DNA from: Caecitellus pseudoparvulus
Lineage: Eukaryota > Protista > Bigyra: Bicosoecida
Length of the DNA: 64,000 nucleotides
Assembly (NCBI GenBank): GCA_965644315.1
Contig: CBFFRQ010000095.1
Location: 124,001-188,000 of the forward strand
Direction of reading: 5' to 3'
Positions 54,264 through 64,000 of the stretch are shown piece by piece (the stretch's first letter is position 1; each line of letters opens with the position of its first letter). Below the pieces are notes generated by a model. The model did no database searches. It was not told where the DNA came from and saw only the letters and a program-made list of their open reading frames with translations. The position numbers were made by a program, and so were the translations under genes.

Positions 54264-54650
54264 GCTGCCTAAGCGGCTTCAAACTCTGCAGGCTGCAGCC
54301 CAAATCTCGCGGGCTTGGATGTGCGTGGATGGGGGGTCACAGCCACCAGGAAAACAAAAATCCGGTTCAGACTCTGAATCCTCAGCCAGCAGGCAGGCTG
54401 GGGTCGTCAATAAGAAGAGAAAGGAAAGAAATCACCTTGGGTTTCCTGATGTAGCTTGAGTCCTCACCTTGCACGTTCCAAGCGCAAGTGTTTGCGATAC
54501 TGCAGTGCTCCCTTGAAACGTGGGTGAAACACCATTTGCAGCCGCAACGCAAGACTCCTGGCAGACCTGCAGATCATTCAAACTTCATTCCCCCCTCTGT
54601 TCAGCAAACGCGCTAGGCATCCTGGTCTCGCTGTGCATACGCCAGAAGCC

Positions 54651-57600
54651 ATGTTGTCCAGAGTCCTGCATGCAGCGTCGTGCGCCGGACGCAGCCTGCA
54701 AAAAACAGGGCTCAAAAATGCGCGCTTTACCCCTTCCATGTCCCCTGCAGGGCACTCAGCTGCGCCGAAAGTCATCATTTACCAGCTACCTGCAGTATTT
54801 TCCACAGTGGGGGCGCCGTTTCATGGGCCTCAGCCTGCAAAACCTGCTTTACAGAGTGACAAGCACCCTGCTCATCTGCGTTTCGGCCAAGAGTCACTAA
54901 ACCCTGCAGTGGAACAGCACACCACAGCCCTGATCAGGGAACTCCACGCAAGTGGTATTGGAGAGGGTGCTATTCAGAGTGCCACTCACGCTGTTGCCAC
55001 CTTGAAGGTATCGTGGAGCTCCTAGTTTGGCACTTGGCCCAGCGAGCCAACGCAACACCTGTGCTTGCGCAGAGACCCCCTGATCCCCACACACTGTCAG
55101 TCTTGCTGGATCCTAGCGTTGTGGAGGATGCTTTCAAGCACTTTTCTGGTGCAAGCAGCCCTGGCCGCGCACAAGCTGAATTCCGCTGGTTCTACCAGAA
55201 ATGTCTGCCGTTTGGACCGGGGTTCCTATCCCGGGCGATGTCCATGTCCCGCCCGCCTGGGCTGTACGACTTGCCCGAGTCCCTCGTCTTGGCACCCTTC
55301 ATGAGCCCCCTTAAGCACAAGATGATGGAGGCCTCATTGAACATGAGCGCCACTGACAGCGCAGTCGCACACATGCGTGACTCGGTGGCTGCTTTCTTGG
55401 ACGCTGTCATGCTGAAGGAACAGCCGCATAACCGGGAGCCTGTCTTCAACGCAATCGCTGCACTGCAGGCCAGCTCGTGTGACAAAACGGCAGTTTTGGT
55501 CGCACAGTACTTGGTGCTGAAGACTATTGTGCGTGCCTGAAGAGGGGCTTGGCTGAGAACAAGCACTGCCATGTCACTGCAAATCTGCGCACTTGTGCCC
55601 GGTGCAGGACATATTCCAGCTGGAGCTTGCCCTGGCAATGCTGAATCCAGTTGTGTGCTCCAAGCTGCATGCGCTGTTCGGCTCCAGTGTGCACGGTGCT
55701 GGCTTTGAGCAGCACGAAGCGTTCGTACGCAGATGGATGCCTGTCGCACCCTCAGACGTGTTGGACAAAATTGCCACCGGATCCATGCCAGCCCCAAAGG
55801 GTGTGGATGAGGCTGCATGGATCTCGTTTCTCGAGCAAGGCTTTACGCCAGCTCTGCGGCAGGCGGAGCTGGATGGCGAGGTGCACAGCATGCGAAGGCT
55901 CGTGTCTGTTTGCTTCGAAGCAGCGATGGAGACGCTCAGTGCAAAGGACCAGTCGCGAGTCCGGGGCGCCTGTGCTGAGCTGCACGCAAGCTCGATTGAT
56001 GACGTCACTGTCCTGACAGCTGAGGCGGCGCTGTGTCGGGCTATGGTGAGAATGCCTGCTGCCTGTACTTGGCCGCTCCAAACGGCACTCGCCAAGCATA
56101 TCGCCACGTGTCCGTGCTCTTGCGCTGTGCAGGGGAGAATCTACGTAGACTCGGCCCTGATAACGTTGAAGCCAAGAGTTGTGCACACGCTGGGCACGTT
56201 GGTGGGCGAGCCAGCGGGCTCTCTTCAGGCGGTCAAGCGGCATGGAGCGCTCCTTCAGCATTTCTGTGAGACAAGCCCTGCACAGTTGACGCAAGAATTA
56301 TGCCTTGCCTTGCTGCATACACGGGATGGTGTGGAGGAGGTTGCTCGGACAGAGCCCCGAGAGGATGGAGCTCCCACAGCACTTTGCGAGGAACCGGAGG
56401 CTGCCAAGGGAACCTCAATCCTCCACCCCCAAAGCTTTCAGGCCACTGGGCCCTCGAACCAGACGCCGGGCTGGGGTGTACGTCAGCGTCCGTTCCTTGG
56501 TGATAGTGCTGGAGGATTCGACCCTTGGCAGCGGATGTCAGACTTGAATGGGAGCAATTTGCAAGTTGCTCAGAGCTTGCTTGGTTGGATGAGACAGGCT
56601 GGACCAGCATTCCGACTTCGAGACCCGAAGCAATGGCCCCTTCTCCACGCCCTGGCACAGCAGCATGAGAAAGCTGCCATTGAGCCAGTGGCAGATTCCC
56701 AGAGCATGCCGGATCTGGACCCCTCCAACTTTCAGTGGAGCCTGGGGTGCCAGCCAGTCATAGTTGATGGAAAGCTGGCTGCAGCCACGCTTCGATTTCC
56801 GGAAATAAGCTTCGGCGGGATAGGCACAAACCGAGTGTCCCAACCATGTGATCTTGCACCATTCAAAGAGCCTCTGTGGATCCCAGCAGCGCCTTTGGGG
56901 TTCGGGGAGTTTCGCGAGGCAAGCGCAGGCCAAACCCCAACCACGGAACTGCACACTTGGACCTTCTTGTTGACTCCACAAATCGCCAACTTTCTGGTCA
57001 AGGCCATCTACGGCCTCGATGGCAGGAACAGTGGAGTCTTCCTGGCTGGCCATCGCGATGTGGGCATCTCATCCTCGCTGCGTGCGTTGGAGTCTCTTGT
57101 TTGCATCGCTGGGCATGGAGACGTGCTGTACTTGGACGACGCAAGTGTCCTTGCGCCGACCGCAGACAAGGAAGAGCTGCGTCGAGCTTTGTTGCAGGGG
57201 ACTTTGACGTTCTCCTGCGGCCCAGGCCTCACTTCACTGAGAGTCCACTCACTGCTCAAGAACATTGCCGAAGGAAAAGACACTGAAGCCTCTTTGTCCG
57301 AGCTTCTGGAGTGGTACTGCGCCCCCGATGAGCCCCACCATGGCGGCCAACCGCCGCCGCCTCGGATGCTCATCCTGGACAATGCGAACAAGCTTCATGC
57401 AGAGTACTTGAGGCATGGGCAGAAAAGTGCAGACCGCAGGTGGAGGACAGTCGAAAAACTCCTCTCCTGGACAGGTCGGCCGAACAAGGTTCTGGCGTAT
57501 GGGGAAGACTTCCGGTCCTTCCGCATACCAGGAACAGAAGGCAGGGGTCCTTTCTTCGACTTTAACTCGCCAGGAACGTTGCCGGACTCTGTTTGCGAGC

Positions 57601-58124
57601 TGACCCCCCTGCCAGTGGAAATGGCTGTGCAGCTGATGAGTGGTCAGCGCCAAAGTGGGGGTGCATCTGCATATGCCTGCCATGTAGATGACGCGACGGT
57701 TGACTCAGCAGAGGCTGGAAACCCTTTCTTGCTCCCAGGGCCCGTTCGACAGCTCTTGGACAGCAGCTCGGATGCACTTTTCAGCCTGAAGCATTTCGCG
57801 CACGAACTTGGGGCAACACCATCTGTGATGCTCACAGTAGTGAAGGCCTTCGCAAATGTCGCGCGGCTTACCCCCGAGCAGTTTGGTCAGAAGCTGGTCG
57901 ACGTGAAGAACGAGTGGATGCGCGAGAAAGCGAAGTGGTGGGAACGCCATATTCGCGAGTGGATCAACGAAGATGAGAGCCGAACTGATGCCGAAAGGAC
58001 AGCTACTTTGCGTGCCATCCAGCAGGCTGCTCGCGCACATCTATCAACTGGCAAGAGTGAGAACGTGCACGCATCAAACCACCTGAGCGACGAGGCCCCA
58101 GACGGAGCAGATCGCGGGCGGTGA
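54651..58124 (+). CDS. Multi-exon protein: three tandem ~150-aa novel helical modules + degenerate P-loop NTPase-like domain; introns 55008-55072, 55529-55607, 56046-56132; 5' end uncertain
   Basis: Three phase-0 GT-AG introns join ORFs 54633-55025, 55013-55540 and 55593-58124 in frame. Walker A-like GVFLAGHRDVGISS and Walker B-like RMLILDNAN are present. Confidence 0.7.
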
Positions 58125-58320
58125 AATGTGCTGACCACTGGGCAGTTTCGCGACGTGCTATTCATTGCTAGGGTGAGCTGCAGCACCTTCCAGCTCGTGC
58201 GGTCTTGAAGATCCTCAGCTCGCTCAACACACTTGAGGCGAAGGGTGTCCGGCGCTCGCCTAGGTCAGGTGCGACGCCACCCCGCTCCAAAGCAGCTGAG
58301 TAGCACACAGTGCAGGCACG

Positions 58321-58845
58321 TCAGTGGTCACTGGCATCAAGGATGATCTCCAACTCTGCCTTCAGCTGCTCCATCTTCAGGCCGAGACTGCGGGTCAAGT
58401 CATCGCGCTGCTCCTGCGGCAGTTTGGCCCGCAGCTCGTCGTACTGCGACAAGACCTGTTGCACTGATTCAATGGCATCTTCAATATCAGACGCATAGTA
58501 TGATGTGCCTGCGCTGTCATTTGCATCTTCAATGTCCGATCTTGCTTCGATGAACTGTGCAGGGGGCGCGTGGGGCGCGCGGCGTTTCGTCGGGGTTTCG
58601 GCCGCTTGCCCTCCACGTCAGCGACGCACGCTGTCTTCCAGCTCCAGCTTGGCGCGGCGCAGCTCATCTGCATCCATGGCCACGATGGTACAGAAAGACT
58701 GCGTCAGGGCGCTCGCTGCCACGGGCAGGCCTGGGAGGCTCTGCAGGGGAATCGTGAGTCCAGTCGCGCACACGAGAGCTGGTGTGGTCACCCTGCATGC
58801 TGCCACGAAAGCCGCAGCACGTGCGGGAGCCCTGCTCAGCGCCAT
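58321..58845 (-). CDS. Small mitochondrial-targeted helical protein (resembles the plant 'embryogenesis-like protein' family); intron 58629-58555
   Basis: Arg/Ala-rich presequence, then FIEARSDIEDANDSAGTSYY...LTRSLGLKMEQLKAEL, a motif recalled from that family. Confidence 0.75.
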
Positions 58846-59041
58846 GGTGTAGCAAGCGATTTTTTCTCTGGGCAGCATGTCAAGCTGCTTTTTTCTGCCA
58901 GAAATCCGCTGCGCGTGGAGTTTGGCCGTCGAAGACCACTGGACATCAACACACGGCCATTACAGGCGCTTCCCGCGGTTGAGTTTGGGGACTGCCTCGA
59001 GCAACACACCGTTCTCGAACACAGCCACATATTCGGACGGT

Positions 59042-60189
59042 TCAGTCCAAGCTGAATGTGCGGATCGGGTCAGGGCCCTGCTCTTCCTCCACACCTGGGC
59101 GCTCAGCCATCCCTCGCAGACGCCCGGCACGCACGTCGTGGGCTTGGGCCTGCTGCTTCAAACGCTCGTACGCTTGGCGCAGGTGCTGCACGGACAGTGG
59201 CGCCTCTTGCATCGCCTCAGGGGACTGCGCCCGGGCAGCTAGGGGTGGTGGAGGTGGCGGTGTGGCGGGGGAGCGGAGCTTGGAGGGGCCTGTGGGCTGG
59301 GCCAGCGGTGGGCGCGATGATACATCGCGTGGAGGAGCCCGCTCCTCACCGCAGGGCGACAGACGTTTTGCCTTCTCGCGAAGTTTCGCGCCCTCTCCTT
59401 TGCGGCGGCATTTGCGCCGTCGAGGCAGCTGCCGAGAGAGGGCAGGTGCTGCCGCAGCCTGGCGGCTTGAGGCCGCAGGCGGCTTGGCTGGCGCAGTGGA
59501 AGAAGATGCGGCACTGGGGTGACGGGCCTTGCGCCGCGCAGCTAGGCGCCCGCCGTATCGGCGTGTGGCTGCCTTGGGCGTGGCTGCTTCTGACGTGTGT
59601 TGAGCGGGTTTGCAGCGGGGTTGCGCCAGGCGGCTGGCCTGGGCACGCTGGGAAGCATGTGAAGGGTGGGGGGTGCCACTGCCCTGCACACGCCTGGGTT
59701 GGCGTTGCTGGGCCTGCGCGGCCTCTGCTGGCTGCGGGGGCGCGCTTGGTGACTTCACGCTGCGCCGCAACGCAGCACACTCGGCCTGTGACCGGCTGAG
59801 CGCCAGGGACGTAGCCGCAAGCTCCTCCTTCACATCCCTCAACTCACCCTTCAACTGGAGCACTTGCATCTGCATAGGGCACAGGTGGCAAGGGCTGCTC
59901 TGCAGTTGCAAAGGGAGCGGAAGGCGCTGGTGCAGCTCACGTTTGCGCGTGCCAGGCTTGCTGGGTCTGACAGCTGCGATGACAGGTGCCGCACCATGGA
60001 CAGCTGGGCAGCCAACTTGGCGTTCCATGCCTGCTCGTGCTCGTTGATGAGCTGTTTGGCCAGGCGCATCAGGTCTTGCGTGCCCTGAGCCAGCAGGCGT
60101 TTCACACTGGCGGATTCACGATCAACCGCTCGCTGGCTGCGCTCCAACTGGCGAAACAGAGCAGCAGCTTGGTGAACGGAAGAAGTCAT
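59042..60189 (-). CDS. Hypothetical coiled-coil protein with basic/Pro-rich tail; intron 59940-59870
   Basis: MTSSVHQAAALFRQLERSQRAV... spliced in phase 0 to MQVLQLKGELRDVKEELAAT...; canonical GTGAG donor and TGCAG acceptor. Confidence 0.65.
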
Positions 60190-60497
60190 TGTCGTGGACG
60201 TACAGGCCAGGGCTCTTGGTCTGTCCCCGTGGATCCCCGAAAGCGGCGTGGCGTGGAGCTTCAAACAAGCTTGGCTCGCAGTTTACAAGGGGTGCGAGTT
60301 GGCGTGCCCGGAGCAGCCTGTACGCGTGCTTTCCAACGCTTGACAAAACAAACTCCTCCAACGCTTCACCTTAAGGGTCTTGAGCACCGCGGTTGGGACC
60401 TTGCTGTTTGTTTTGACACCTCACGCGTGTCTCCAAGCCAGCACTAGCGTTACGGGTGAAACGCTCCGCTTTTGCTTGCTGCCTGCTTTGCAGCAGC

Positions 60498-63400
60498 ATG
60501 GCGTCGCCCGCTGACACCCTAGCGCGCGTGCGCGATGCAAGGCGGTGTACAGACGACGATATGCATGCTCTCGCGGCGGCAGACAGAACCGCCCTTCGTG
60601 CAGCGCAAGCGGAGCTGGTCCTGGACAGCAGAGGGCTGACAGCGCTGAAAGTCATCCTGGCCTCCAAGCCGCCTCTGGCTGTGGCGCGGGACACAGTCAC
60701 GTGAGGCTGCCGCGCTGCCTTGTCATACATGCACTGCCCACTCTTCTGCACTCCCCTCGACGAGCACAGGACGATGCTGCAAGCGCTGCTGGCCGGCGAG
60801 GGCGCCGTGCCTGGCCAGGTGACTGGCGTGCTCACCTCCTTCCTGCACGCCGTGGCGGCACCGCACCCACTGGCCAGCATGGCCTTCCACATTGGACAAG
60901 ACGTCATCCAGGCCGCCCTGGCACTGCCCAGGCTGGCTGGTGGCGTGCAGGGTGCACCACCCCACACCCCGACCTGGCTCCCACACGGCATTTCGCTGCT
61001 GTCCGCTGCGCTGACGGCTCTGGACTCACCCGAGGCGCTGCCTGACCCCAGACACGCCGAGGCACTGCCCACTACGGCGGAAACGCTCCGTCTGCACCTT
61101 GTGTCTGCGCTGCTGGGGGGGGGGGCCTCATCCCCTGCGGCGCCCCACCCCGCCGTGCTGCATGCAGTGTTGGAGCTCCTCGCGTCACTAGGCACGAGTG
61201 TGCCCCCCTCCATGCCGCTGCTCGCTCTGAGCAGTGCCGCCAAGGGGGTGTGTCGTCGGGAGTTCCCCGCCACGGACGTGCCGGGGGTTGTGCACGCTGT
61301 ACTGACACTGGCCAGGGCGTGTGCGCCACCAGCGCAAATTGGGCGGGGTGCGCCCAGTTCAGACATGGCAGCGTTGTTGGGAGGGGGCGGCACACGCCAG
61401 TCATCTCGAAAACAGTCATCCCTCCCTGCACCCGCTGTGCGAGCTGTGACCAAGCACTTGACGCGCCACGCGCTGCAAGTGTGTTGGTGGGTGCTGACGT
61501 CACTCGTGAACCGCCCAGACACACACCCCGCCAGCACCCTACCCCACGCCGCCACAGCCCTCGTAGCCATGGCAGTGGCCTGCCAGCACCAGCCGGCTCT
61601 CGCAGGGGCTGCAGATACCCTGCGGAGCGCCAAGGCAGGCGCCCCACACAGCCCACCACCCCCGACGCCGGGCAAGCCCTATCCAGGCCACAAACTGCTG
61701 TCCGCCCCCCGACAACTGGACACCATGGCCATCGCGTCAGGACTGATGGGGGGGCGGGAGTCTGTGCAGGCGACCTGCAGGCACATCAGCGCTGCATTGC
61801 TGCGCAGTGCAGAGTCAGCGACCGGCGTGTCGGCGGCGTTGCTGCGAATGTGCAAGTGGTCGGAAGCGGCATGGCACACCTTTGCCCCACCCCTGACGCA
61901 GGTGGCGCTGAGCCTGCTCAGCCACCGACCGGCACCTTCTTCCCTGGCTTCAGCACGGGGCTCTCAACCAGGCGTCGGCGACATCGTGCTGCCAGCGCAC
62001 ATGGAGTGGTGGGCGCGGCAACCCGCGAAACGCCTGACAGTGGGCGCAAGCCTCGGAGCGAAGGGTACACCGCCGTGCCCCCCTGCGACGGCTCTGCCCA
62101 CCTGGGCACTTCCCTGGCTTGCTGCCGCACAGGGCAGCGGGGACGCGCTGGTGCCGTGGGATGGCCTGGCCTGGGATGGGGCGGCAGCAGGGTGGGGTGT
62201 GGCCGGTAGCGGCGATACGTCGCCGGAAGAGTGGTGCCAAGCACTGGCAAGCCGGGCACGCACAGCACTCCAGGGACATAGGCGGTCATGGATGGGTACT
62301 GGGGGAGTGCAGGGAGAAGGTGGTGCGGACGAGGTGGGCCAGCCTGGGCCGGGTGCCGTGGGGCTCGGGGTGACGGACGTGCCCGCTGGCCACTTCCCTA
62401 TGCTGGGACTGTCCCAAGCCCAGGAAGCCGCTCCACAAGCATTCCTGCACGTGTCAGCGACAGCTCAGGCCCAAGCGCCTTGGTTGCGGTGTGCCGCCTT
62501 CGGCAGCACCATGCTCCATCGTCTTGTGCTGGGTGCACCCGCCACTGCGGAAAGCGCTCTGAGCGGAATCCTCACCAGTGTGTCCGCAGGCAAGCCCGGC
62601 TGCCCAGAGCAAGTCGTGACGCTGGCAAGCATACTCAGACAAGCCCCGCTCGCCATTCTCGGCGGCAGCAGTGCCGACGTGCTGCCTGCACAGCAAGGCG
62701 TTGCATTGAGCTTGTCCCAGGCGCTGCCGCCGTCCCACACCGTGGCGCAATCGCAAGGGGCGCTGGCGACCCCCGCAGCGGCCAGCCGTATCGCAGAGCA
62801 GCTCATGCACATGGTAGAGCTTGCACTGCAGCAGACACCCGATGTCTGTGCCGCCCTCACAGGCGCGTTGGCGCCGATGCTGGAGCTTGGCTTGCACTCT
62901 GCAACCCTGGCAACTGGGGCAGCTGCAGCGGGCGGGGCAAGCTTCCCAGCCGGTCGCAGCGGCGCCGCAGAGCTCGCGCGCAGCGTTTTGGATAGGTTTG
63001 ACCTGTTGACGCGCAAGGCGGGAGTGCACCGCAGCGCCCTGCTGCGCGTGAACGCTGTGCAGTGCACTCACCTCCGCCTGCGCTGCCTGCTCGGGTGCGC
63101 CATGCAGCAGGCAGCTCATGCGGCAGGTGCACTTCAAACGTCTCAGGACGGCATCGATTTTGCGTCCAGTCAGGCTGTGTCTCTCTCTCGGCCACCCTGG
63201 TTGGCTGCTGCCGCGCTGGAGTCCGCTGGTGTGCTGCAGCGTTCAGCTGCCCAGCAACTGCATGTGCGCGTGGCTGTGCACGACGGAGTCGTGGCGCTCG
63301 CCCTCGACATTGCCAGTGCAGCTCGACGCATTTCCAGCGAGGGCGCTGCGGGTCTGTCCCGAGGCAGCATCCCTCTCCTGGCTTGCATTGTGACACACCT

Positions 63401-64000
63401 GGACGCTGTGGTTGCTGCACGCTTGCTGCCGTGCGCACCGGCCTTGCGCAAGGGCAGCCGGGGGCCCAGGACCAGAACAGTCGTGCATGGCATGGAAGGC
63501 ACAGTGGACACCACCCCTCGCCCGCTGGACGTGGGGGGCGCCGTGTCTGCCACGGGCACTGTCATGGAGCCCCTGCCTAGCCTGCTGCGCGCGGCGTTTG
63601 CAGTGGCCTGTGCTGTGGAGAGCCTCATTGACGCCTGTGCCCACGGCGGCATGTGCAGCCTAGACTGTGTCGCGCGCGAGTCTTCCATTGCTGACGCCTT
63701 GCAGGAGCCAGGGGCCGGAGCCGGCTCCCCCGGCAAGCGCCAGCGCAGCCTGGCCGACGAGCTTGGCGCAACCAGGCAGCACAGCCCTGCTCTGCGTGGC
63801 CTGGGCCTGACGTCCATCGTCTGTAGCCAGCAGGCTCTGCTGGGTCTTGCCCGCTCCGTGGCGGCCGCATCCCTGGAGGGTGTCGGCGCCCCAACTCCGC
63901 ACTCGTGCCCGCCAACTCACGTACCGCCCAGCACGCGACCTACCACCCTGGCCCCCATGCGGGCCCGCTCGGAGCTCATGTTCGCCACGTCTGCCGCCTT
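60498..64000 (+). CDS. FANCI-like alpha-solenoid protein, 3' truncated by window edge; intron 60701-60769
   Basis: After splicing, the frame appears to stay open to the window end (it is absent from the ORF track, consistent with no stop codon). Blocks TDVPGVVHAVLTLA, SLSQ...SQ...LMHMVELALQQTPDVCAAL and RPLDVGGAVSATGTVMEPLPSLL resemble FANCI EIPPLVYQLL, LRRCLSQQADVR and PPLKL...EPLDYLL in the same order. Confidence 0.55.

Noticed and set aside
60371-61675. 434-aa minus-strand ORF and other ORFs at 61-64 kb
   Set aside because: They lie antisense or out of frame to the FANCI-like gene, whose frame is missing from the ORF track only because it reaches the window end without a stop.

Overview
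Gene-dense, GC-rich eukaryotic DNA from a flagellated protist (inferred from the ciliary genes; possibly a heterotrophic stramenopile, unverified). Introns are short (about 60-110 nt) GT-AG, with GTGCG/GTGAG donors and TGCAG/CACAG acceptors. The conserved backbone holds an organellar-type glutamyl-tRNA synthetase (3' part), CEP290, an LRR protein, erlin, CFAP54, DNALI1/p28, QCR7, a DIxGA-repeat protein, RPS9, an MSS51-like protein, a small mitochondrial helical protein and a FANCI-like gene running off the right end. Three visibly less GC-rich accessory islands interrupt it (about 9.8-21.5 kb, 41.1-42.7 kb and 54.4-58.2 kb). Island 1 has a gene with an MLKL-like layout (helical N-domain, dead kinase, ankyrin repeats), a SAP-domain gene, an orphan ORF and three tandem intronless genes made of 9-12 hypervariable 38-aa ankyrin repeats; together these are a candidate innate-immunity or cell-death locus. 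Islands 2 and 3 share an apparently unnamed ~150-aa module carrying a phase-0 intron at exactly the same position in four copies, three of them fused to a degenerate P-loop NTPase. Other highlights are a long, strongly structured RPS9 intron and an intronless His-rich type-II surface protein. Homology calls rest on motif recognition by eye; no database searches were run.
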